The translations under genes were made by a program, and so were the position numbers. The notes beneath the pieces were generated by a model. It made no database searches. It worked only from the letters and a program-made list of their open reading frames with translations, and was not told where the DNA came from. DNA of 64,000 bases, from positions 56,730,001 to 56,794,000 of the forward strand of contig OZ076420.1 of NCBI GenBank assembly GCA_964187785.1, read 5' to 3'. Of the stretch, positions 36,900 to 49,035 are shown piece after piece. Numbering within the stretch: position 1 is the first letter of the stretch; the number at the start of each line of letters is the position of its first letter. The DNA comes from Amphiscolops sp. MND2022. Taxonomy: Eukaryota.

Positions 36900-37650
36900 T
36901 TGCCGCAAAGATTAGCTGAGTCTCTTCGCTCGTGTAGAGCAGCTTTGTCGGAGGGGTTGCTGTCTCAGAGACAGCTTTCGGTACTTGAGAGGTCGCTTTC
37001 AAGTATCAACAACATCGCGAACCACAGTTGGGTGCCTTCCTGCACTCATTAACAGATTGCCAGCAACGCCTCAACTAGTTTCCCTGCCTTTTCGCTGTCT
37101 GAGTTTGGTGTCTCTTCACTCATCGGTGTGGAGAGCACCCCAACTTCCCCTGCTACAGTTGGTCCTTCGTCTGCCAAAAAAAACGAAAATTGCAGTTCTC
37201 GGAGTCGGAAGTGAGAGCTCGACCCCATAGTAGTCAGTCCGCTGGATGAAAGCCTCTTCGCAGAGCGCTCCAATATGGAGAGAATCTGCAAAAATCTCCA
37301 AAAATTGGACAGCTTGCGAGACAAAGGGCTTATCCCTCAGCTATTCGCGATAGGCAAAATGATAGTGGAGATAATACAGGAGAGGATAGGTTCCCGAAAA
37401 GATAAAGTGATTGTGGAGGAACTAAAAAATAAATTTCAGTTTCCTTCGGAAAAAGTAACGTTTCCGAAGCGAAACGTTTCTACAAGTTGGGGATCAAGTT
37501 CCCACGTCTCTTGGGCGTAAATGCAAGTTTTACTGCTGTAGAACTCACGCAGGCTGCTCGCCACATTGAGGCAATTTGTGAGCAGGACAAGGACTTCTGG
37601 AGCTGCCCATGGCAAAAGCTTCTTCACCTGCCTCTCTGGAAAAACCTATT
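36900..37650 (+). pseudogene. Gene A family copy directly after the protease
   Basis: PLDESLF..ERICKNL..LRDKGL.PQLFAIGK..EIIQERIG..KRFYKL..FPRLL. Confidence 0.6.
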
Positions 37651-39470
37651 TTTGTTCTTTTTCAACAACTATTATCGTCCTCGTCTTTACTTTATCCGTC
37701 AATCAATCTATCTTTGGTTAGTTCTTTTCATAGTTTAATAGTCATAATGTTAACTGGTTCATAAATGTTATTAGTACCTGGTTTATTTGCAGTTGTGTTC
37801 TTCTCTCGACAACGCCTTTTTTAATCACGGAATTGAAAAACGAAAAATTAGGCACATTTGCAGCATTTGAAGAAACGTCTGGCAGAAACAACATCGCCAA
37901 AGGTAGTACCATGTGTTCTAGTAACATCAAATTAATTTCATTCATGCATACATCTGATGAATACTAAAGATTCTCTAGTCCAACAAAAATTCCTCTGCAA
38001 CAGTTTCCCTAAATGATTGTTTTTCCCTAAATGTTCTGATCAGTTATAGTTTGCTTCGCGCTGCAAGCCGCCACTACAAATTTTATACCGACACTAGTTT
38101 TGGACCAATTACGGGAGATTTTTATTCATGTTATCAACAAATTCAAATCAGAAAATCAAGACTAGGAGCCATGACAAGGCCACAGAAAACGGTTGGTACT
38201 TAACAATCCAACGCTTAACCCCATTCATGCGAACCACAGTTGGGTGCCTTCCTGCACTCATTAACAGATTGCCAGCAACGCCTCAACTAGTTTACCCTGC
38301 CTTTTCGCTGTCTGAGTTTGGTGTCTCTTCACCCATCGGTGTGAAGAGCACCCCAACTTCCCCTGCTACAGTTGGTCCTTCGTCTGCCAAAAAAAAACGA
38401 AAAGTGCAGTTCTCGGAGTCGGAAGTGAGAGCTCGACTTTCGGCAGCGGTGATGGGCGTGACCCCCATAGTCGTTAGTCCGCTGGATGAAAGCCTCTTCG
38501 CAGAGCGCTCCAATTTGGAGAGAATCTGCAAAAATCTCCGAAAATTGGACAGATTGCGGGACAAAGGGCTTATCCCTCAGCTATTTGCGATAGGCAAAAT
38601 GATAGTGGAGATAATACAGGAGAGGATAGGTTCCCGAAAAGATAGTGTGATTGTGGAGGAACTAAAAAAAATTTTCAGTTTCTTTCGGAAAAAGTAACGT
38701 TTCCGAAGCGAAACGTTTCTACAAGTTGGGGATCAAGTTCCCACGTCTCCTGGGCGTAAATGCAGGTTTTACTGCTGTAGAACTCACGCAGGCTGCTCGC
38801 CACATTGAGGCAATTTGTGAGCAGGACAAGGACTTCTGGAGCTGCCCATGGCAAAAGCTCCTTCACCTGCCTCCCTGAAAAAGCCTATTTTTGTTCTTTT
38901 TTCAACAACTATTATCGTCCTCGTCTTTACTTTATCCGTCAATCAATCTATCTTTGGTTAGTTCTTTTTAAAGTTTAATAGTCATATTGTTAACTGGTTC
39001 ATAAATGTTATTAGTACCTGGTTTATTTGCAGTTGTATTCTTCTCTCGACAACGCTTTTTTTAATCACGGAATTGAAAAACGAAAAATTAGGCACATTTG
39101 CATCATTTGAAGAAACGTCTGGCAGAAACAACATCGCCAAAGGTAGTACCATGTGTTCTAGTAACATCAAATTAATTTCATTCATGCATACATCTGATGA
39201 ACACTAAAAATTCTCTAGTCCAACAAAAATTCCTCTGCAACAGTTTCCCTAAATGATTGTTTTTCCCTAAATGTTCTGATCAGTTAAAGTTTGCTTCGCG
39301 CTGCAAGCCGCCACTACAACGTTTATACCGACACTAGTTTTGGACCAATTACGGGAGATTTTCATTCATATTATCAACAAACTCAAATCAGAAAATCAAG
39401 ACTAGGAGCCATGACAAGGCCACAGAAAACGGTTGGTACTTAACAATCCAACGCTTAACCCCATTCATGC
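37019..39470. repeat. Recent tandem duplication, units 37019-38230 and 38231-39470
   Basis: Near-identical text (gaaccacagttgggtgcc... to ...cccattcatgc). Copy 1 lacks about 24 bp near 37220. GC microhomology at the junction. Confidence 0.93.
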
Positions 39471-39620
39471 ACCTCTCATCAGCGAACGACTTCAAGGCTG
39501 ATCTAGTGCGCAACCAAAATGACCGAGTTGTGAAGTCCAATGAGTCTTTTGATATTTGTAACAAAATCAAAAGTGACGATCTGAGCGTTCTCAACCATCG
39601 TGGCAACTATATGATGGAAT
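39255..39620 (+). pseudogene. N-terminal pPolB fragment of a second, diverged Polinton (partly duplicated at about 38015-38230)
   Basis: SLLRAASRHYNVY..VLDQLREIF.H.IN..RLVLNNPTLN.PIH..DRVVKSNESFDI aligns with 21950-22260. Confidence 0.85.
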
Positions 39621-39729
39621 ACAGACCAAATTGGGTCCTGATATAACATTGTTTCCAAATTAGTTTTTACTAATTTGATTGAATGACCAAAGAAACAAAA
39701 AACCAGATTAGTGCGATCAAAACTTCAGT

Positions 39730-40490
39730 GGTAATTTTGAGACCAAATGTTTCCATCTTTAGCAAAAGTATCTCGACGTTTTTGCGGTTGACTCGCGAAG
39801 AAGGAGCAATCGTTGACCAACACTGATGCCTTTGAATGATAACTCGACTCGCTCACATGACAACGCCTTCAAAATTCTAGGTTTCGAGCATGGGAAGAAA
39901 AAGAACAACTGTGATCACTTTCATGACTATTTCTGTCTCGTTTTCAAACTCACAGCAGAATATCATTTTGAAAACAACACATTTAGGCAAGAACTCAATG
40001 GCGCCAACTGCAGCTACAACCTAAATTTTCTTCAGCTTTTTTAAGAACAGTTTTTGAGACTCATTGTGTTGGGGAAGAAATATTCCATCGTGTTAATTGA
40101 TCGCAATTGAGAAGTTATCAAGAACTCCAGCAGATACAATGGTTGACAACATACAGTTCACCGACCTAATCGACAAAAAACCCATGCTCAACATCAAATT
40201 CCAAGGTTGCTACTCGTCTGACACCTTTCCAATTTTGTACGGAAAACATTCTGTTAAAGTGAATTTCAACCCATATCACTTACCAGGGGAGCATTGGTTA
40301 CTAGTAGCCTGAAAACAGGACACAATGTTGTTCTATGACAGTTTCGGGTGGATTTCTAACAGTATTTTAGATCCTTAAACAACAAGCTGGAAACGTGGAC
40401 GAAAGACATCAAAACAAACAATCGAACAATTAAAAGTCTCTTTTTTTCTGCTCCTCACCTTGAGAGTCCACTGTGTGGCATATAAAGTAA
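39730..40490 (+). pseudogene. Second Polinton: MCP C-terminus and adenain protease remnants
   Basis: GFEHG..DHFHDYFCLVFKLTA; MVDNIQFTDLIDKKPML.IKFQGC..GEHWLLVA..FYDSFG..LCGI, paralleling 35870-36640. Confidence 0.85.
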
Positions 40491-40859
40491 ACATTTTGAG
40501 AATTTTTAATTTGAGGAAGTCTTCTGAGGACAAACTATTTTGAGGACATTATTAAAGAATGGAAATACACTCAAGATTTGCTCAATCCGAGCGATTGCCA
40601 CAAGAAGATGACACTGTTTTTAAAAAGCTAGGCTATTTTTTTCCAGTTTTTCGTGCAACCTTTGGTATAGGTCGTTTCTAGTCGGCGCCTTTCCTTTGAG
40701 GTTAAAAAACCTACAGTACGTAGTTTTTTTTCAGCTGACAATCATACTCTGAATGGTCCACTTTTTACAATCTTTTGTTCATTTGTTCATCTAATTTTCT
40801 GAGAAGCAGGAGATCGTGGGTTCAATTCTCGCCTTAAACCACAAATTTGTTTATGCTTT

Positions 40860-41145
40860 CAAAAGTAGAGGCGAGACCAAAGGGGTTTTTTGGCACTATG
40901 CGACTTTTTTTGAAAACTTTCGAATTCTGTCAAAGGGTACATACCCCCTTGCATTTTTTGAAGTTTGAGGTTTGAAAAAACGTTTAGTGAACCCAATTGG
41001 CCTCTTTTTGAGTATATCGGCATTGTGCGACATTTTTAAAAATTCTTTTTTCAAAAAAAATTATTTCTAAATGTTTCCAATAGTTGTTCCTTGAATAATT
41101 TGGAGACTTATAAAAGGCACCGACTTGGGACGTTCCCGTCTTGTT
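40860..41145 (+). mobile_element. Dispersed repeat copy B (3' part), same family as 9490 and 62160
   Basis: ggcactatg.gactt shared with 62450; terminal gcaccgacttgggacgttcccgtcttgtt. Confidence 0.6.
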
Positions 41146-41299
41146 CTAACCTAGAGTTATCAATTCATAATATTGTGTTAAACTTGCGTTTTTGTTTTCA
41201 TTTAGCTGCCTTATTAACTGGGGTGTGCGGTTTTGGCTTGCCGGCATGTCCTTTCGGTGGATTAACAGTATGGCCGGTATTGGCATTGCGCAAACTCCC

Positions 41300-42050
41300 C
41301 CTATATGCGTTCCTCTGCATGAAATTAAGTCCTCGTCAACGCTTCCCGGCTTGCAGGTCGAGGCTTCTCCAGTCGAAGATTCCCCACTGTGTTCTCCAAC
41401 GGTGCCAGGTTCCTCCGGCCAATAGAAGGCGAAACGTTTAGTTTGCGAAGGAAAAAAGTGAGCGCTGCCTCATCCGGGCAGTCAGGGAGGCTGACACCCG
41501 TTGCTTGTTAGTCGAGCGCCTTTTCGAGACGATAGACACGGCGGAGATCCGCAATAACTTTTGTCAAAGTGACTCCGTCTAGGACAACGGCCTGATAATG
41601 CATGCCTTTGCAATCGGAGGCAATTTTGTGACAATTGTACAGAAAAGTGATCCTGCAGTGATATTGTGGTGTTCCACTTAGTGGGATTTGACAAGAAAAA
41701 AGTCCCGGTTAAGAAACGGTTCTACAGACTCGGAACCCTACACCCTCGACTCTTGAAAGTTACGAACAGGTTCAGTGTCGTGGAGCTGACCCAGGCTGCT
41801 CGTTTCATAGAGACAGTCTGTGAAAAAGCCAGCTACGTTTGAAAGCCCGCAAGCTGAAAGTGTCGATGATACTCTACACGTTTTTCAATCTTCCATTTTT
41901 AGTTGGTAAGTCAACCTTAGTTTGCAAAATTTTTTGAATTGGAAAACCCAAAACGCTTTCCGTAGAAGCCTGGTAGTTTATTGAATATCTATTGGACATC
42001 GAAACTGAGGTAAAAGCGGTGGTTTTCTTCTTTTGTCTTGGTTTAGTTAT
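41300..42050 (+). pseudogene. Gene A copy plus the spacer that also follows gene A at 14250 and 15570
   Basis: aaacggttctacaga...taccctcgactc.tgaa.gt; aaaacgctttccgtagaagcctggtagtt matches 14335 and 15670. Confidence 0.6.
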
Positions 42051-45000
42051 CAGATGATACACAATTTTTTTTATTTTATTTGGCATAAAATTCATGAGCG
42101 CATGATAACAATGTTTGTTTGTAGTCATTTAAGGTCATTTTACTCATCCGATTTCATAATTCTAACATCTTCAATGCAAATATGTGACAAGATTTTTACC
42201 ACTTTTTTTCAAAAAGCAAAGACGGCATGATGTCTTCGCTAGCATAAAAATTGAAGTATACCGAGTTTGTTTTAATCATCACAGATTGCAACACCCGGCT
42301 TTGAATTACCTTTAAGAATCACACAATTGAAAATCCGGTAGCGGAAGAAGGACTGCTTTCAAAACTGACCTCAAAGAATTCAGGATTCCGATCGTTAGGC
42401 GTAATGGTATTCTTGTGACAGAGTCTTCTCTACAACAGGCAGCACCTGACGTTCTTAAAATTTTTAACGAGGGGACAAAGTCAAAAAGTGCAAAGAAAAG
42501 TGCAGTTGAGAACACATCCAGAACGCAAAGTCAAGATGGTGGCAGTGGTTGCGCTAGACAGCAAAATTCGCACAAAACGAAAGTCGACTCAATGGAAAAC
42601 ATTTAGTTCGGTCTAAAATCTGCAAAAAAAGACAAAAGTAATTGCCTCACAGAACTCGAAATCGTAAGAAAGCTGACAGTATTTTTCTGAATCTACCTTT
42701 GATTGTGCATAACACTGATTTATCCAATCACTTTTTTCATCCACATAGTGAGCATGAGTTGTGACCATGGAAAAAATACCAAATAGTTTCTAGGATCCAA
42801 ACCGAATAAAGGGTTTTATCGTGTCGTTAGTTACGTTTTTCTTTCAGGCTCAAAAGATCGACTGTCTCCAGCTATCATAGTTTGGTCGGTATAGTTTGAA
42901 CTGATCAATTGCAAACCCTGATACCAGAAAACACTCTACGAAACCTAATCAAGACTAAAGCAAACCTAGAACTAGATTTTCGCCAAAACTTCTAACATGT
43001 TATTCAGTGAATTAAAACAAGGGCCGAAGTGAAAAAATGTTTTCAAACGAGAAAAGGGACTGCAGAATGAACCAGGGAGCGTTTTGTAGTATTTTTGTAA
43101 CACCATCATAGGTTATTACTGTCTCCAATTGTACGGAGGAAGCGCTGCGGTAAAGGATTGCGACTGTTTGAGGAAACTTTATCTTGTGAGTAATATTCTC
43201 AGATGGACCCGAATGCAACATGAGCACTTTGCGTTCGAAACGCAAATCAATATCATTAATACCATAGTCTCACAACATGTAAGAACGTTTCTGAAAGTCT
43301 GACAGAACGTTGAAATGTTTGCAGCGTTAATTGTACTTCTAATTGGTATCGTAACTGTGAATTTTAGTACTTTCAAGGAATGAAATAAAGAAAGGATTTG
43401 GCATCATTTCTAAATAATGCTGCCCTGCTATGAGTAAAGGAACTATACCTCAATTCTTCGTGTTGAGTTCAACAACAGTCTATGCTGACAGGAGACTTAT
43501 CTTACGAGTTTGCACAAATGTGTCCACTCTAGTGAGATGAACCAGTGGAATCATGGGGAAACCTTGAACTATCACAGCTGCCATCAAACAAACTTAAACT
43601 TGAAATCTGGATTACATTGAAAGCATTAGTCTCCTGACTTCCAAAGAAATAAAGAATAAATTCACACGAAAAACTGCTTCGGAAACGTTTTACGTTACAA
43701 TAAAACATTCATGAAACCAAATCAGTTTCCATCTCTAAACACATAGGTGTAAAAGTTTCCAAATGAAAATAGATATAACCACAGTTGTCGAAAAAGACTT
43801 TCACTTCATTTCCTATCGTACTTCAAAACTCTATGAAAGTATATACTATGGCTTCTGACGTCGATATTGACAACTGCGATCAACAATGTCTCGATCAGAA
43901 CAAACTTTTGAGGAGAACTACTGCCAAATACAATCCACTACAATAGATTTCATGAACAAAACACTTTGTACGAAACCTGTGAACTTCGACATGGCGCATG
44001 ACAAATTTGGACAGTTTTCTTTGTCAAAAACGAGAAAAAATCTTAGACGTGCAGTGTAAAGTCTTTGCAAGCCCTTTTCCTACGCATTCTAGTAAAATCA
44101 ATATGTTCTGTTGAGACAGTACGACGAATCATGCGACTGCGAAATCAACTGGTTTTTCTGTAGACAATTTACAAGAGAGGAAAACATGACAAATATCTTC
44201 GTGGCTGAACTATCAAAAAACATTGACGAACAACTGACACTGGTGTACAAACCTACAAGCTTGCAAAGCGACTCCAGTGGAAAAATCGGACGGCTGCTCT
44301 AGCCTCAACACAAATTCCTACAAAGTCAGAGGGCAACACGTATCTACGTAACAATCGCGTGTATTTTCTCCATCCGATAAATACATCTAATAAGTGATAA
44401 ATCTGATCGGTTTTTGAACTTGTTAATTTTGGTCCCTGTCGTGAACACTTTCATTCGTACTTTCTAATTCCCTTTTGGTTGTGCAAATACGTGATGATAG
44501 TGATTCACAATTGTGTAATAAGACTAACTGATTCGCACTGTTTGCGAATCAAGCGGTCGAATTCTAAACCGTAATTACCAGATCCACATGTAACTATCAG
44601 ATGCACAGTGTAGGTAGTCAAATTCCGCAGAAACGATGTTTGGTGTGATCTAGTCAACTACTATGAGTTCCGATGGTGTAAGCTGGTCGTTTTACAAAGC
44701 TGTGTTAACTAGTGGAACAAAATATCAGTGCGTTTAATGTGTGACAAGTGAAAGAAACGATTCGCGCTCTCATTAGACCGAAATCGTACAAATATGCAGG
44801 AACTAACTAGCAGGATCCTGTTAGTTCGTTTCCAGGATGTTTCTCGTAATGACAGAGGAGAAAATCGTGACTCACCCTATTCGCAGATCCAACTCTCATT
44901 ACTTTAGACGTAAGACGGAATTTTAAAAATCTCAAAAACTATTCTAAGTGAACAACAAAGGAGATGAAATTCATTGCCTCTTGGTTACAATGAATCCAAA

Positions 45001-45399
45001 ATGTTATGAAGTACCTGATATGAGACAAATGAAGTACCTGACAAATGAGCAACAATGTAATAATGTTTGGGTGAATTTTTCAATTAGCTTTTTTTCCCAG
45101 TCAACATAGTGAGAATGGTTGAAACCATGGAGAAAATAGAACTTGTGTCTAGGATTAAAATCCAAATTTGTTTTTTTTTTGTGTTTCCGCTGCGTTTTTG
45201 TTGAGGGTTTCAAAACTAGGAATTCTACAGTCACATTAATTGACCGGGATATTTTGGGCTGATCAGATGCTAAACCTGAAACCGAAAAGCACTTCAGATT
45301 TAGAAAACCTAGTATTTTGTGGTAATACTATTTTGGCGTTTAATCGAGGAGAATAATTCTTGTATTCGAGGAAATATTCTTATTCATTGCGCCACTAGT

Positions 45400-46450
45400 C
45401 ACAAAATAGATATCCTACCTGGCTCCAAGCCGAGAAAATTACCGAATGGCCGCACGCCCTTGCACTACAAGGAAGATTTGCAAGAAAAAACATGCCTTCT
45501 TGGATAAACAACTCATCGAACCCTGTCATAGTCCATACAGCGCACCGGCAATGCTCGTACTGAAAAAAAGTGGCAAGCTACGTTTGGTAATAGATTATAG
45601 ACAATTGAACAGTCAAACGATAAAGTCCTGTTGGCCGATACCGTCGATTGAAGAAATTTTCGACACGCTTGAGGGAAGCGCGTTCTTCTCAACAATCGAT
45701 ATGTCTTTCAAATACCCATGGATGATAAAAGTCTGGATTATACGGCTTTCAGCACGCCATTTGGTTCCTTCAAATGGCTCCGAATGTCAATGGGTCTTTC
45801 GAACAGTCCGCCTACGTTCCAAAGTGTAATGGAAATAGTTCTTCCAAAGTTGATCTGGAACACTGTGGTCCCCTATTTAGACGATTGTATCATCTTTGCG
45901 GCCACACCCGAAGAACATCTCCGTAGGATTCGAGAAGTCCTAGTCCGGTTCCGAGCAGCGAAGCTGAAAATTAATCCTCTGAAATGTGAGTTCTTTAGAA
46001 CAAAAGTACAGTTCCTGGGCATGTCATCAGTAAAGATGGTCTACAGGTGGAACCCGAGAAAATCGCTGCTGTCAAACAGTTCCCAGTTCCGACAATACAA
46101 ACTTATGTCGAATCCTTTCTGGGACTTTGCTCGTATTATCGACGATATGTGAAACATTTTGCCAATATTGCTAGACCACTCCATAAGGCCAGCGAGACGA
46201 GTATCCCATTCAAATGGACACCCGAAGCACAAGAGGCTTTCGACAAGTTGAAGGCCTGCTTAACTACAGTATCAATTTTAGCTTTTCCTTCTATGAAAGC
46301 CGTTTATTCTGTACACCGACGCTAGTTTTTCGGCAATGGGTGCAGTCTCAGCCCAAATTCAAGACGGAAAGGAACGAGCTAGTTGCTATGCCTCCAAGGC
46401 TCTCACAATCTCAAATGAACTACTCAGCAATTAAACGTGAACACCTGCTT
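45400..46450 (+). pseudogene. pol: Gypsy reverse transcriptase and N-terminal half of RNase H
   Basis: SPYSAP..KKSGKLRLVIDYRQLN; TAFSTPFG.F.W.RM.MGL.NSP.TFQ; YLDD; KCEFF..KVQFLG; FLGLCSYYRRY; LYTDAS; YSAIKRE. The second half of RNase H is missing. Confidence 0.95.
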
Positions 46451-46660
46451 TGTTCGTCTCAGAAAAGCACCAACTGGCGGGGATCGCTCGATAAGGGGAG
46501 TGGCCTAATGCAGGTGTTACAATGACATACCGCCCGCGCCGCTCCCCTTCCGGAGGATGTCTTACAACACCCAATTTCCCAGTGTAGGGTGATCAAATCC
46601 AAGCCATCGGAACCCCTAAAACGACAGGAGGTACTCGTAGAAAGGGCAACGGAACCAACG

Positions 46661-47070
46661 AAGTACGCCGAGATAAAGGGAGACTTGTTTGAATCAAAGG
46701 ACTCGATAGCCCATTGTGTCTCCGCGGTTTTCAAAATGAGTTCTGGGATAATGCGGTCTTGCAAACAGAAATACCCAACTGCGTATCCGGGACGAATTCG
46801 CTGTTATGATGTCCCTCTGTGGACGCAGTGGCTACCAGAAACCAAGAGGTATATTTACCACCTCCTGACGAAAAATCATTTTTACCATATCCGACATTTG
46901 CGGCTCTTCGAGCGCCGTTGGAACGTATGCGCGAACATGCCAAAGCAAACGGCGTGTCATCGATTAGCATTCCTCAACTTGGTTGTGGACTCGACAAATT
47001 GGAGTGGCCCTTGGTACGCGACATTATGCAAAAAATTTTTGAAACCTCGGGTGTTTACATCCGTGATCCA
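46661..47070 (+). pseudogene. TARG1/OARD1 (Poa1p-like) macrodomain embedded in pol between RNase H and integrase
   Basis: IKGDLF..SIAHCVS..FKM..GI; YIYHLLTK; PTF..LR..LE.M..H...NGV..IS.PQLGCGLDKLEW..V..I..KIF. One frameshift near 46875. Confidence 0.9.
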
Positions 47071-47099
47071 ACCACAACTGTTTCGAACAATGATGAAAG

Positions 47100-48450
47100 C
47101 GCAATTGACGAAGTGTCCGATACAGAGACCGGTAATCTCACCGAAAACCTCCGCAAAGGACAGGAGGCTGATGAATGGTTACGACTGGTACGCGAGTGCG
47201 TACGACGAGGCCGCGTACTACGAAATAATGACCTAAAGGGTTGTCCCGAGCTCGCTTGGAAACTGTATACCCAATTTCACAGTCTGTACCTCATAAATAA
47301 TGTACTGTGTCAGCGATTTGAACCCATCGGTGGCGATTTACCGTTCCTCCAACAAGTAGTGCCTCCTGCACTGGTAGATGATGTCCTGGTATCTCTACAC
47401 AGTTCAACCACTGGCGGTCACCAACGAGTTGCCAAGCTCCTTGGAAAAGTGAGACAGCGCTTTTGGTGACCCGGTCTCAAAGATTACGTGCAAATTTTGT
47501 GCGCCGTTACGTCGAATGCCAAAAGCGATGTAATCCTCCACAGACCCATCGCCATTCTCTCGTTGAATGGAAGCAAAGCTACAATTTTCAGCACATTGGC
47601 ATCGGTTTCATGGGTCCTCTACTGGAATCAAATGGCAATAAGTTCATTTGTTTTTTTTGGTGACCATTTTAATGAGTCAATGAGTGGTTTTAATGAAAAG
47701 GTATGAGGCAATTCTTTACCGGGTCAGAAAGCAACAACTACGGCCTCGGCTTTAATCGAGCATTGGATTTCCCGATTTGGATGCCCTCACAGTATCCACA
47801 GTATTCAGGGCAGAAATTTCGAATCGCACCTTTACAAAGACTCTGCAACTTTTAGAAATTGAGAAGACAGGGATTTCAGCATTTCATCCGTAGTCTAACG
47901 CAGTGATTGCGCGTAAGAACCGCACTCTGCAAAACATGCTCGCGAATGTGTGGATGAGGATCCATGAAATTGATCGACCAAACTGCCGTACGTTATGATG
48001 GTCTATCGCTCGTCTGTGCATGAATCGACCTGCTTTTCTCCGTAGTTTCTCGTGCAGGGACGGGAATTGGCCCTCCCAATTGACGTTATGTATCCCAACC
48101 CTAATCAGGGACCACTGATGACCCCAGTCGATTTTGTCTACAATCGTAAGAAGGCCTTCCAACGGGCCTTCGAATTAGTTCGCGCTCACCTTAATCATAA
48201 CCAGAAGCGCCGCAATGCATTGTATAATCAAAACATTCTTGGACCCAAATATGAGACAGATCAAAAAGTCTTGTTGCATAACCTAGCGTTCTCTGTCGAC
48301 CAAACATCAAAGCTTTCATCTCCGTGGCGCGGGCCCTACATCATTCTAGATTGTCTGAATGATGTCACGTACAAAATTCGCCAACTTACAACTAACACGG
48401 AATCAGTCGTACACTATGACCGTTTGAAGCCTTTCTTTGAAACACCAGAT
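47100..48450 (+). pseudogene. pol: Gypsy integrase with zinc finger remnant and GPY/F module
   Basis: LHSSTTGGH...RQRFW; IGIGFMGP; RFGCP.SIHSIQGRNFES; NRTL; GRELALPID; KLSSPWRGPY; VVHYDRLKPF. Confidence 0.92.
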
Positions 48451-49035
48451 TCCTTCAACGTTCCTACCCGAGCTACTCGGGACCCGGCTCCTCAACCACT
48501 CAACTCTAACGTCCCGACTCGCAGCGTAAATAATTCTGAACCTTCTCCTGATTATCGCGACCACAGTGCTTGTTGCTATTTTCAGCAGATACCGATGGCT
48601 TTTTCTATGCCATCTGTCTCTCCCACCACCCCTACCGTACCCCGTACTTCGCGCACTCCGCATTCACCTAAGGCACCAATTACTCGCAGTGCCGCCTCGC
48701 CGGTCCCGACCGCAACGACCGATCCCCAGGCATCGCCATCGACGCCGATAACAACCCCTCTTTTGCCTTTTCCACTACTACTAAGACTACTACTGTGCCA
48801 TCGGGCACTGTCCATACTCGCGCTTTTATTGAACGAGCAGCGGATAACTTACGGCGTACTGCTGGCCACTCCTACAATCTCCGGCCTAGCATACGTGACT
48901 AACGACTGGCACACCCACTTCATGAAGCCTCAATTCCAAACAATTTAGTTAACCACCAGTACCCACGAACAACTGATCAGACCCGCCAGCCTCGCAAGCG
49001 CTAGCGTCTAGCGTTTCAGACATTTCCCAATCAAC

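Noticed and set aside
40800-40840. tRNA gene (gggttcaattc B-box)
   Set aside because: No A-box or cloverleaf upstream.
42300-45400. Gypsy gag/protease or a second LINE remnant
   Set aside because: No zinc knuckle, D(S/T)G protease motif, PBS or 5' LTR recognised; LINE-like hints near 44250-44560 are too weak.
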